NCBI GenBank assembly: GCA_043228905.1 | Contig: JBHGNT010000015.1 | Coordinates: 12,028,001-12,092,000 of the forward strand | Direction of reading: 5' to 3' | Length of the DNA stretch: 64,000 nt | DNA from: Azolla caroliniana | Taxonomy: Eukaryota; Plantae; Polypodiophyta | In this document: in pieces, positions 26,459 to 38,400 of the stretch | Layout of the letters: each line of letters opens with the position of its first letter | Position numbering within the stretch: the stretch's first letter is position 1 | The notes under the pieces: generated by a model | The model's database searches: none | What the model was told of the DNA's origin: nothing | The model's input: only the letters and a program-made list of their open reading frames with translations | Program-made: the position numbers and the translations under genes

Positions 26459-29158
26459 ATGGAACCACAAACGCTGTCGGAAGCGGCCAGGAAATGGTTC
26501 AGGCAACACGGACTGGAGGGCTTCTTGGCCATCATGGAAGCACCACCGCACAGAGAAGCCGACCAGGTCATCAAGGAGCTCGACAAGGAAGTCATCACCG
26601 AGGAAGCGATCCGTGCGCTAACAGGCCTTCCGGAGGGAGGAATTTTTCAGATTGATAATCCAACCTCGGAGCAACTCACCCGATATTTCGGTGAGTACTC
26701 TGTTGCCGGCAAAGGCTATCGAACGCAGGGCGGCGAAGATCCGCTGTTCAGGGAGATAGCTTGAGTGCTCCATGAGTACGGCCACGTGTACCCCCGACCC
26801 CTTGTCATGCCAAAAAATCGGGCAGGGATGATCATAGCCACCTATGAAGGGACCAAGGTGGATTGGCCGGTGTTGATTGCAGACGGTTTGTGCGTGGCAA
26901 TCGACATGGTACGAGGAAAGGACGGCAAGGAGGGCCGGAAGCTGTGGCATGCCGTCGCTCAGTGGATAACATTGCTCGTGCCGCCGGTCGAGACCGTTCA
27001 GCCAAAGAAGCGGCCAAGAGTATCGGAAGGAAGCACCTCGAAGCCGGCGTCCAAACGACAGCAGCTGTTGGCGTCGAAGGCGACGAAAGGGAAGAAACGG
27101 GTCCCAGAACCGGAGGAGGTGTCACCGGTCCGACCCGTCAAGATAACCTTACGGAGACCGGGACAGAAGGAACCGGAACCCTTGACGGCACAGAAACATG
27201 CCGTGACACAGGAAGAGGAAACGGAGGAGCCAGAAGAGCACCTCCAACGACGGTCAAGAAGTAGGGCCGCCGAGACAGGAGGGGAGCGGTCGTACCCGCG
27301 AGAGGCAGAAACGCCCCCAACTCAACCTGAGCAAACCACAAGGGAAGAACCGGAACCGGTGCGTAGGGAACCGGTCTTGTCGACTTCTATAGAAGAAGTC
27401 AGTCCAACGGCTCCGGAGACAGCGAGAACCGGAACTCAACAGCCGGCGAGCCCAGCCAGAGCACACGGCGGCCAAGGAGTAGAACCAGAACGGCATATGC
27501 AGGCACTCAGGCCAGACAATTCCACAGGGAATGAGCCGACCCGACCAGTACAGCAACAAGGCACCAGTAGCATGTGGCTATGGTGGGTAGGCGAGCAAAT
27601 CGCCGGAGCGGTCGAGTATATAGAGGCGGAAGAGAGAGCGCACCAGGAACGGTTGCTCGTCACAACCGTAGATCTAGAGACGGCCCGGTCCAGAATCCGG
27701 AGCCTTGAACAAGACTTGGACAGGGTCACAAGGGAAATGGCTCAATTCGCTTTGACAACACAAGTCCAAGCACCGGTGACTCCGGGCAATGTACAGAATA
27801 AAGTGTCAAATCAACCTGTACATAGCAATCAGACCCCGGCAATGGAAACCGTTCCGGAGAGAAATGCGGCACAAACCCAAGAGCTTGCGGATTTAAAGGA
27901 TGAGCTAGCTGCCCAAGAAGCGCTGAGGAGCCGCGAAAGAGAATTGAAGACGGCAGCGGAGGCAGAACTCAAAAAGACTGCTGAGAATCTACGCCGGGCC
28001 GAGGAGAGCTTACGGAAAGGCCACCAAGCGTACGACCGGCTCAAGGAGGAGAAGGAGAAAATGTTGCAAGAGAAGGAGAGGCTCCGGAGGAACGCCGAAA
28101 CAGAAGTAGAGCGCCTGAAAGAGGAACTCCGGCAGGTAAAGGACCGGGAGGACCGGAACCATCGCCAGATCAACGGCAAGCTCAAACAAAAAACGGAGGA
28201 ATTTGAGCAATTGCACCGGGAGTATAAACGGTTGCAAACGGAGCACAAGGAACGGACGGATGAGCTCCGGCAAGCAGTTGATCGGACCGCAACCGCATTC
28301 GCCAAGGAACAAGCGGAAAACAGAAGACGGTTGGAAGAGGCGGAGAAGGTTCGGACAGAGCTCCTCAGGCAACAGCAGGCGGAAAAAGAAAGAGCGGCGG
28401 AGGTACTGCAGAGGCTGCAAACGACATATCAAGGGCAGCTGACGCGCTACAGAGAGCAGGCGGAGGATACGGAAAACCTCATCAAGCAGTTGAAGGAGGA
28501 GCGACAAGTGGTGGAAAGCAGAGCGCAAATGGGAGCAAGTCGCATCCAGGATATAATGCGGGCCTGGTTGAATCAGACCAAGAGCTTGATTGACAACGGT
28601 TCCGTCAAATGGTGGACCAAGTGGGCCACGAACGCGGCGGAACTCCAACTGCTCCGGGCCGACGTAGAGAACCGGCGGAAGGAGGGAGATGATTGCTATA
28701 TGCTGAATTCTGAAGATTTCACCGGCATAAGAGATGAGCTGGCCGAAGACTTTCAAGCCTTGGCAGAGGACCAACTAGAGCAAGTCTGGCAACTTGTAGC
28801 TCAGCTGGACGACGACAGGCTGGAGGCGCAGATCCAGTTTGAAAGCTACGAGAGGTCCCGGATCCGGGGAGAGAAAGAACGAGAACCAGTTACGGTCAAC
28901 CTCAGTGATGAGGAACCCTTACTGGAAGGAGACCGGACCGGAAGCAGTCAAACGGAGATGCCGGAGCCAGAGAGACAAACGGAGCAGCCGGAGTCAGCGA
29001 AACAAACGGAGCAGCAGCAGCAAGCAGAGCAGCCGGAGCAGCCTCAGTCCCAACCGCAACCACAGCAGCAGCAGCAAGCACAGCCGCAACAACCACAACC
29101 GGAAGAACAAGTGGAAATTCTTGAACAAAGTAATTTGGACAATTTGGGTGAACAATGA
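26459..29158 (+). CDS. G2 extra ORF, ~900 aa (one CGA>TGA stop at 26762), unknown function
   Basis: MEPQTLSEAARKW... is in frame with the 797-aa ORF 26765-29158. Homologous copies occur in G1 and G4. Confidence 0.85.
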
Positions 29159-29748
29159 AGGGGCCGAGAAGGGTTCGACATACAAGGTACTGTCCCACGG
29201 GCGTGCCATGTGTTACCGGCCGGCAAGGAGTCCAAAATACGGAGTGAAGGAATTAATTAGATATGGTTGTAAATGAGCATAGTGTGGACGGACGGACTGG
29301 AAACGGTATGCCGTTCCAGATCCGGACGGATCCCGAATAGGTGCGAGAGGCACCGTTTTGTACTACGGGCCGGAAACCTATTTAAAGGCCCGGACCCCAT
29401 TGTAATCGCAGCGGATAATTAATAGAGCTTATGTTGTTTATACTTCTGTCTTGATTTCCGTTCTGTAATTACTGTTATATCTTACGCGTGTAATTAACCG
29501 AAGCATTCTAATCGTGTAACCTATGTAAGTCGGTGTAATCGTTGAATCTTAATCCTATGCCGTAATCACCCTTTGGTGAAGTGTCTCCGTGACACCTTGT
29601 GTTAGGCCTTGTCCGGCTAGAGAATAACACACGCCATTCTTTACATGGTATCAGAGTGCAAGGGTTGAGAACCTCTGTAGTCGAGTTTGCTTGAAGGAAA
29701 AAAAAAAAAAACCAATGAAGAAGAACAAGAAATCTGATGGACAGAGGA

Positions 29749-31607
29749 ATGGCTAGCTCGCTTCCGATGGAGAAGCTCTTGGTCTTACAAGATGCACCAG
29801 TACCTGCTTGGGCATGGGTACTGGAGCTATGTCGAAGGAGCGAATGACGCGGCACCCGAATCGACACACAAGGACTTCCTAGCATGGGAACAATCGGCGA
29901 GCAGAGTGTTGTACTGTTTCGCGTCTTGTGTGGGCGAACAACTATTAAGCTATGTTCGGGATGCAAAAACGCCGAAGGGTGCGTGGGAAATTTGTAAGAA
30001 GATCTTCACTGCGAGCACCATAGCCAGGAAGCTTAAGCTCCGACATGAGTTGAGCAACCTACGACAACGCGATTTGTCGGTGGCTGACTATACCTAAAAG
30101 ATCAAGGACTTATGCGACTCCTTAGCTTCCATCGATGTGAACATCGAGGAAAGCGAGATGGTCCAGGTCTGTCTTGGGGGTTTGGCGTCGAAGTTCGGGG
30201 CGTTCCGAACTACTATGTGTACTCAGGAGAATACGCCATCCTTTTTCGACTTACAGTTCATGCTCTTGGTAGAAGAGAACCACACGGGTGCGTCAACGAG
30301 CACACACCGACAGGAAGATGTTGTACACGGAGGGAGATAGGCCCCGTGGCCGTGGAGGACGAGGCGAGTCGGTGTACAATGGAGGCGGCCTACAAGATCA
30401 AGGAAGGAGGCATCGAAATTATGCCGACAACAATTCCAGACCCTCCGGAAATAGGGGGAGCCGAGGCGATGAGAACTGGCAAGGGAAACCCACCACGGAA
30501 TGCTGGTACTGTGGCAAGAAAGGCCACAGGGAGAGTGAGTGCTGGAAAAAGCGCGCCGAGTCGGAGAGGACCGGTTCCGGATCTGGTTCCGGACATACCG
30601 ACAAAGGAAACCGGTAGAAATCGCACTACGCTGAAGGTTCCGGAGAAGGGGCAGCCTTCGTGACGAGACACGAAGCGAACTCGATGAAGAAGTCCTCATA
30701 CCTTGAGAAACCGACGCAACCAGGAGTAGTTGCAACCGGAGACGACACTCCGCATCCGATCGCGAATGTTGGTGAAGTTCCCTGAGCCATGTCGAGCAGA
30801 AAGGGAAACTCATGAACGTGTTACACGTCCCGACAATCACGAAGAATTTGGTGTCGGTCGGACAGATCGTCGACCAAGGGATGGAGGTCCGGTTTACACA
30901 CCTAGGGTGCTTCATTGAGGAAGAAGGCCGTGTTATTGCGCAAGGGCGCAAAGATGGGAGGATGTTCATCCTCGACTCTACCGATGGTGGCACCACAATG
31001 TTCGCGAAGGGACAAAAAGTCGAGTCTGACATCAACTTATGGCACAAACGGATAGGCCACGTCAAGTACCAGCGGCTTCAGCACCTGCAATCGAAACAGG
31101 TGGTGTTTGGATTGGCCAAATTTAGTGGCCGGAAGGCACAAATTTGTGAAGCCTGCCAGCTTGGGAAGCAACACCGACTTCCCTTCCCCAACGAGCATAA
31201 CCAGAGCCAGAACAAGCTCGACTTGATACACTCCAATGTGTGGGGGCCAGCACAAAACATGAGTCTTGGAGGGAGTCTATATTTCATCTCCTTCATCGAC
31301 GACTACAAGCGGCACGTGGATCTACCTCATTCAGAGGAAGAGCGAAGTTTTCGACTGTTTCTGGGACCTCAAAGGGTTCATGGAAACGAAAACAGGAAGA
31401 ACGAACAAATGCTTGCAGTCGGATGGTGGAAAAGAATACTTTTCCGGTCAATTCAACGGTTATCTACAGCAGATGGGAATTCGGTGCAAATTCAGTTGTA
31501 GATACACGCCGGAGCAAAACGGCGTGGCCGAGAGGAAAAAACGGTCAATTGTAGAAGCGGCGTGGGCAATGCTACTAGAAAAGAGCTTGCCCAAGTTCTA
31601 TTGGGCC
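29749..31607 (+). pseudogene. gag-pol: Copia C gag-PR-integrase (5' half, truncated)
   Basis: CWYCGKKGHRESEC knuckle, LWHKRIGH, CEACQLGKQHRLPF and YTPEQNGVAERK. Confidence 0.92.
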
Positions 31608-33444
31608 AAATTCCATGGCATACTATTGTAAATACATTCATACACATTAGCACCAACAGTGTATAAACCTGAGCAACTATTGTATTCTGACATTGGGACA
31701 TTGATGCACCTGACCAAATGAGAGTACATGTACGCCGTTGGTTTGTCTTCGAACAGCCTGTACACATATTCGTAGTCATCTAGATTTGCATAAAAAATGC
31801 CTTCGATGTAGAATGTCCCGTCAGATACAAAATTTCCCCATGTATCTACAATATTCTGGCTTGCACACTGTTTACTAACCGTGCACTTTAATATATAGAA
31901 ATCAGCACCCTCTGAATTGCCTTCTTCAGCATTTACAGCGAAGTTATCCCCAACGTTCAGGACATCACTCAAAGTATCTCCAAGTCCCTCATATGTGAAG
32001 TTAGCATTCTGCCCTGTTTCTCCATCAACTACTTCCTTATCATTCAGAGTGTGATACTCTCAATTTTGAATGTATGCTTTGTTTAGACAATATCTCCAAT
32101 TTCCCTGCACACAATGAAAGCAAAAACAAGTCAATTCTCTAACCGCAATACAATGACCATCCAACCTGGAATAACCGCGAACAGCATGTAAAGATCACAA
32201 TTCGGGAATTCCTTGGCACTCCCAGGTCTTCTCCCTATTTACTTCATCTATCTTCACTTCCCAAAATTCACGTTTGATATCTCGGACTTGCGAGGAATAA
32301 ACACCTGTGGCACTCGTTGACATATTTGTTCTTAAAAATTCAACTACATGTGATGCACAATTCATGTGCACACCATCTGTCTTTAGTTGTTCATGGGTAA
32401 GTGCCCGCTTTATAACAGCCCCTGCACCATCATGTTCACCTTTACCATGGCCAGACCCAAAAAAATTCCATCTCATCTCCAAACCTGTTATGGCAGGATA
32501 CCTCCCCACAAAATAAAATGGACGTCGAGCCTTGAATTGTGACGCAGCTCCGTCAGACCAGACCCAATGTTGAGTAAGCTCCAAACGTTGAGCTAATAAC
32601 CACTGCCAATGTAAATTAAAACAATGTTGGACGAACAAGGTATCATGCTTCTTATCATCGGAAATAAAGAAATGAATTACTTTTTTAACATCACCTGAAA
32701 CTCGAAAATATGTTATGTGCACAAAAATGGTTACCTGAACTGAACACCAATGCATAGATTGAATTTCATTCTGCTGCTTGAAAGTATAATTCTCTACGAA
32801 ATCTACTACTGAGACTACTACATCATTTGGGAAATCAAATATGCAAGTCTTAAACTGATGGGCCTGCCATGAATAAATGAAGTTGTGTTTAATGAACTTT
32901 CCTAGAGATACTACAAACAGAGACACCAAATCCCTTGGTTTAAGCATCTTCCGAACTAGATCCTTTCTTTTACACACCATTCCTTCGAAATTGGTGTTCA
33001 CTGACTCAAAGAACTTCACAGAGATCAATATTTCACTACTCAATTCATTTGGACACCACCTAAATCTAGTAGGGCCACAATCTTGACATAAACCCATGAC
33101 ACATTTATGAATATGGAAGATAGCATCAGTTTCTCTCGGACACAATATTGAATCTAATAAATAACTCATGGAAGAGATAACGTGCTCAGATGATTTACAC
33201 TCCTCTTGCGGGCTTGATCGACAGATTGGGCACCCACATGTGCAAACTGTATTAGTTAGGGATGCGCTATGGTGACGTAGTAGATTAACAGAGTCCTTCA
33301 GAAAACCCATCTGTACATGGTAAATGCAACAACATGTGTATCGATCCTTTAAGCGTCTCACAAAGTGTGGCTTAAGAGACTCAAATGTTCGTAGTTGAAC
33401 TTTGATAGTTGGATGCATTCGTTTGAACCTAATAAATAAATCGA
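31607..33444 (-). pseudogene. Transposase catalytic exon (Sola2-type)
   Basis: Motifs DFVENY..EIQSMHW, SDDKKHD, WSDGAASQFK and FFGSGHGKGEHDGAG, with Cys clusters. The frame continues past stops into the 31598-31972 ORF. Confidence 0.82.
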
Positions 33445-33459
33445 CCTGCGTAATAAAGG

Positions 33460-34425
33460 GGAATTAGTTATTCTCATAACTAGCTAACTATCCTAGTAGC
33501 TAATTAGCTATTCTAATAGCTAATTAGTTATTCTAGTAGATTATTAGCTAATCTAGTAGCTAATTAGCTATTATCCTAGTAGCTAATTAGCTATCATGGT
33601 AGCTAATTAGCTATTCTAGTAGCTAATTAGCTATCATGGTAGCTAATTTGCTGGTCTAGTAGCTAATTAGCTTTCCTAGTAACTAATTAGCTATCATGGT
33701 AGCTAATTAGCTGGTCTAGTAGCTAATTAGCTATCATGGTGGCTAATTAGCTGTCTTAGTAACTAATTAGCTATCATGGTAGCTAATTAGCTGGTTTAGT
33801 AGCTAATTAGCTAGTCTAGTAGCTAATTAGCTATAATGGTGGCTAATTAGCTGTCCTAACTAATTAGCTATCATGGTAGCAAATTAGCTGGTCTAGTAGC
33901 TAATTAGCTATCACGGTGGCTAATTAGCTATCCTAGTAAGCTAATTAGCTGTCATGGTAGCTAATTAGCTTTCCTAGTAGCTAATTAGCTGGTAATAACG
34001 AAATAGCTAACTAGCTACCAATACAACTAATTATCTGGTAGTACCTAAATTAGCTATTGAGAATAGCTAATTAGCTATCATGGTAGTAGCTATTGAGAGT
34101 AGCCAATTACCTATGTAGTAGCTATCCTAGTAGCTAATTAGCTATCCTAGTAGCTAATTAGCTATCATGGTAGCTAATTAGCTTTCCTAGTAGCTAATTA
34201 GCTGGTAATAACGAAATAGCTAACTAGCTACCATGATAGCTAACTAGCTACCAATATAGCTAATTATCTGGTAGTACCTAAATTAGCTATTGAGAATAGC
34301 TAATTAGCTATCATGGTAGTAGCTATTGAGAGTAGCCAGTTACCTATGTAGTAGCTATCCTAGTAGCTAACTGAGGTAAATGTAACTGATAAGCTAATTA
34401 GCTTTTCTGCTAACTGAGCTAATTA
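33460..34425. repeat. Minisatellite of palindromic TAGCTAATTAGCTA units (~20-bp period) inside a predicted intron 33445-34471
   Basis: Dozens of units with 6-7-nt variable linkers. Minus-strand CAG|GTATTT donor at 34471 and GCAG acceptor at 33445. Confidence 0.9.
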
Positions 34426-34471
34426 ACTTTCCATGTAGAGTCAAAACAAATGTTGAGATAAATGTAAATAC

Positions 34472-35195
34472 CTGAGGTACATCAAGAAGATGAATGGGAT
34501 GCTCCTCGTATTGATTTCTTCCAACATGTTTCCTGCATAAATCCTTTTTATTGGGTGAAACCCTACTCTCATTAGTCCAAAACATTGTGATTACATCCTT
34601 GATTTCAAATGTTATGGGTGTCATTGGCTTACATCTTGTAGTTAGCTTTAGTAGACTAGTTCCTTCACCCGAGGAAATTATACGGTTCATTGTATTGTAC
34701 ATTGTTTTTCTACTAACACCAATTACCTTAGATAGCTCACTGATGTTTATATCGTCAACATCACTATTAAGTAACATCATTAGACTAGACCTTTTTAAGA
34801 CAAGATCATCTTCTGACCTGCTCATGGATACGAAACTATTACGAAGATTATTTACTAAAATAGATGATATGTTTGCATTAAGACTATCACAATCAACTAA
34901 GTCCTTTATCGATGGATCATTACATATTCCATAAAGTACTACCTTCTTTTCTTCATTGCTGATGTGCTTGGTTTGAACATTGAAATAGTCTACAACCTTT
35001 CTCTCTATGATGGTAGTCGCATTACTTACATTCTCAACTAAGCTATCCTTACCTTTTTACTGAGTGTGGCTTTCGTATCTTTCAAAAATTGACGATGTTT
35101 CCTTTTTTGTGTGTCCTGATAGCATCATCCCTATCCTTATGATCATTGAGGGGTAATTCTAAACACCCTTCTTCCCCTTCCATTTGGATGGACAT
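34472..35195 (-). pseudogene. Upstream exon of the transposase (HTH-like ISELSKVIGVSRKTMY)
   Basis: ORF 34394-34825 extends upstream through stops and ends LLDVPQ at a GT donor. The start position is uncertain. Confidence 0.65.
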
Positions 35196-35481
35196 GTTAA
35201 AACCCTAAATTTCCAGAAAAAAAAACAAGTATTTAAGATGGCTATGGGCAACAACAATACACAAAAATATTCCACAATACACAAGATTAGACACAACAAT
35301 ACACAAAATAATCAATAGACAGAAAAGTTATTGCAATCCAAGACCGAACAGTAGAGGAGTTCACTCCGTTGGATCGAACAGTTGAGGAGGCAATCAAAGA
35401 CCGACCAATGGCGACAACTGAGTGTAGAATGTTGCCGTTGGATGAGTGAACTCCGTCAAATCGAAATATGGAAGCAATCCG

Positions 35482-38400
35482 TGTTGCAAAACAGCGCTTG
35501 GTCACAAACCGAGGAATAGGATCAACTCACAGAAAAACGGGAAATACAAAGTGCACGAGGACAATAGAGAGAGGAGTACACAGGATGTTTTACGTGGAAA
35601 ACCCTAAATGGGAAAAACCACGGGAGTCCTCAAACTCCAACTATCACTATAAACAGAGGTGTACAATGGTGAAGCTACAAGGCAACGACCTTGAGCTCAC
35701 TGTCTTCGCCACAGGCGGCGGTGATACACAGAGATGTCGACCTCTTCGTTTCTCTCCCTCTCTCTCGGCTGCTCTCACTTTGCTCTCTCAGCTGAAAACA
35801 TAAAAATGAGCAACAACATTTAAACTGTTTGCCCTAAGTCATATTTATACACATATGACTTTCGGGCTATTTACAAATATAGCCTCAAGGGCTCTTGGCA
35901 AACATATTCACAAATATGTCCCCGCATCCGGATCTCTCTCCGGGTACATTCGTCATCCGGCTCCGTAACCGGGGTCTTCAGCATCCGGCTCCGTAGCCGG
36001 GGTCTTCATCATCCGGCTCCGTAGCCGGGGTCTTCATCATCCGTCTCCGTAGCCGGGGTATTCATCATCCGATTCCCGGACATCCGACCATCCCATCCGG
36101 AGGGACCGTAATCCCAACAAACTCCCCCTTCACTTCGGCATGGGATGTCTCTCCAATCCGATCCTTTTCCGGCATGCTTCCAGCTTGTCGGGTGTGAGTA
36201 CCTTGGTCAGCATATCCGACCCGTTCTCGTCCGTGTGGATCTTCGTCAGCATGAACTCCTTGTCTTCTATCCTTTCCCGGATCCAGTGGTATCTACGCTG
36301 GATGTGCTTCGTCCGGGAGTGATAGGCCGCATTCTTCGCAAGGTGGATGGCACTCTGACTGTCGCAGTAGAGTCGGTACTCCTCCTGCCGGATACCGAGC
36401 TCTCTAATGAAGTCCTTCATCCATATTATTTCCTTGCCGGCTTCAACAGCCGCCATGTACTCCGCCTCCGTGGTTGACAACGCAACCGTCTTCTGCAGCC
36501 TCGACTGCCACGAAATAGCTCCCCCTGCATACGTCATCACATACCCTGATGTGGACCGGCTGGTATCTGCATCAGCCGACATATCCGAATCGGTAAAGCC
36601 GTCGAGTTCGGGCTTACCGGAGCCGAATCGGAGGCACACGTTTGCCGTGCCCTTCACGTATCGGAGTATCCACTTGACCGCGTTCCAGTGCTCTTTGTCG
36701 GGATTGCTCATGTACCGGCTCACCACTCCGACTGCGTATCCTATGTCCGGTCTTGTACACACCATTGCGTACATCAAGCTTCCGACGGCAGAGGCATATG
36801 GTACTTTCATCATGTCCTCCTTCTCAGCCTTTGTCTTGGGGCTTTGCTTGCTGGACAACTTGCAGTTTGCCGGGAGGGTTGACCCGACCGGTCTTGCTTC
36901 CGACATGTTGAACCGGTGAAGCACCTTTGTCACGTACTTCTCCTGTGACAGCCACAACTGCTTCTTCTTCCGGTTCCGGATGATGTGCATCCCTAGTATT
37001 TGCCTCGCCGGACCCAGGTCCTTCATTGAGAAAGTTCGATGAAGCGCTTTCTTCAGCATCCGTATCTTGGCCTGGTCCCGTCCGACGATCAACATGTCGT
37101 CCACGTACAGGAGGAGTATTAGAAAGTCTCCTCCTTCGAACTTCTTCACAAACACGCAGTGATCGGACTGCGTTTTGTGGTAGCCTTCGTCGGTCATGAA
37201 AGAGTCGAACTTCCGGTACCATTGCCGGGGAGCCTGCTTCAGTCCGTAAAGGCTCTTCTTCAACCGGCATACCAGGTGCTCCTTCCCTTTCTTCTCGAAT
37301 CCTTCCGGTTGCTGCATGTAGATCTCTTCTTCGAGGTCACCGTGAAGGAATGCCGTCTTCACGTCCATCTGTTCTACCTCGAGGTCCACGCTTGCCGCTA
37401 TGCTCAGCACCGTCCGGATGGAGGTCATCTTCACTACCGGGGCAAATATCTCGTCGAAGTCGACGCCCTTCTTCTGCTGGAACCCCTTCACTACGATCCT
37501 GGCTTTGTATCTCGGGGGGTTTCCGACATCTCCCGGTTTCAGCTTGAACACCCACTTGTTTCGAAGTGCCCGCTTTCCTTTCGGCAACTCCACAAGTTCA
37601 TATGTGTGGTTCTCATGCAGGGAATCCATCTCCTCCTGCATGGCACTTAACCACCTGCGGCTATGGGTGTCAAGTTTTGCTTCTTCAAAGCTCTCCGGCT
37701 CCCCCTCGTCCGTTAGCAGCACGTGCTCTGGTTCCGGAAATCTCCGGGGGGCCCTTCTCTCTCTTAGAGGATATCTCCGTTCCGGAGCTTCGGTAATCGG
37801 CTCCTCCGTTTCCTCTTCATCCGAATCCATTTCGGGATCGGGGCCGGTTCCGGTATCAGTTTCATCTTCCTCGGCCGGTTCTGTTTCTTCACCGTCTTCG
37901 GCCGGATCCTCGAGTGCTAACCGGTCCCTTGCCGGTCGGGACTGCTCTTCGTAGAGTTGATCCTCACCGGTCGACTTGGAGCTCTTCATCTTCTTCTCCG
38001 ACTCCCAGTCGGCGAGTGTCTTGTCCTCCATGACGATGATATCTCGACTCCTGAATATCTTCTTGTCGACCGGGTCCCATACTCGGTAGCCGAACTCGTC
38101 GTCGCCGTAACCGAGGAATATGCATGGCCGGGTCTTTGGATCTAACTTTCCTCTCCGGTCCTTTGCCACATGCACGTATGCGAGACACCCGAACACCTTC
38201 AAATGCCGGTAGGACACTTCCTTACCGGTCCACACTTTCTGCGGCGTGTCTCCGTCCAAAGGTACTGAGGGTGATCTATTTATCACATACGTCGCCGTCG
38301 ACATTGCCTCAGCCCAAAATCCCTTGGGTAATTTCGCATGTGCTAGCATACTCCGGACCCTCTCCATTATGGTCCGGTTCATCCTCTCGGCCAGCCCGTT

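Larger units (their letters stand above)
19781..29629 (+). mobile_element. Full-length Ty3/gypsy element G2 (G1 family), young
   Basis: 419-bp LTRs at 19781-20199 and 29211-29629 with one visible mismatch. TSD CACGC. PBS TGGCGACCAC. Confidence 0.97.

Noticed and set aside
26765-29158. env gene or captured host myosin/SMC gene
   Set aside because: No signal peptide, clear transmembrane helix or ATPase motifs. The similarity would be generic coiled coil.
33460-34425. CRISPR-like array (palindromic repeat with variable linkers)
   Set aside because: Linkers are only 6-7 nt and recurrent, there are no cas genes, and the context is a eukaryotic intron.
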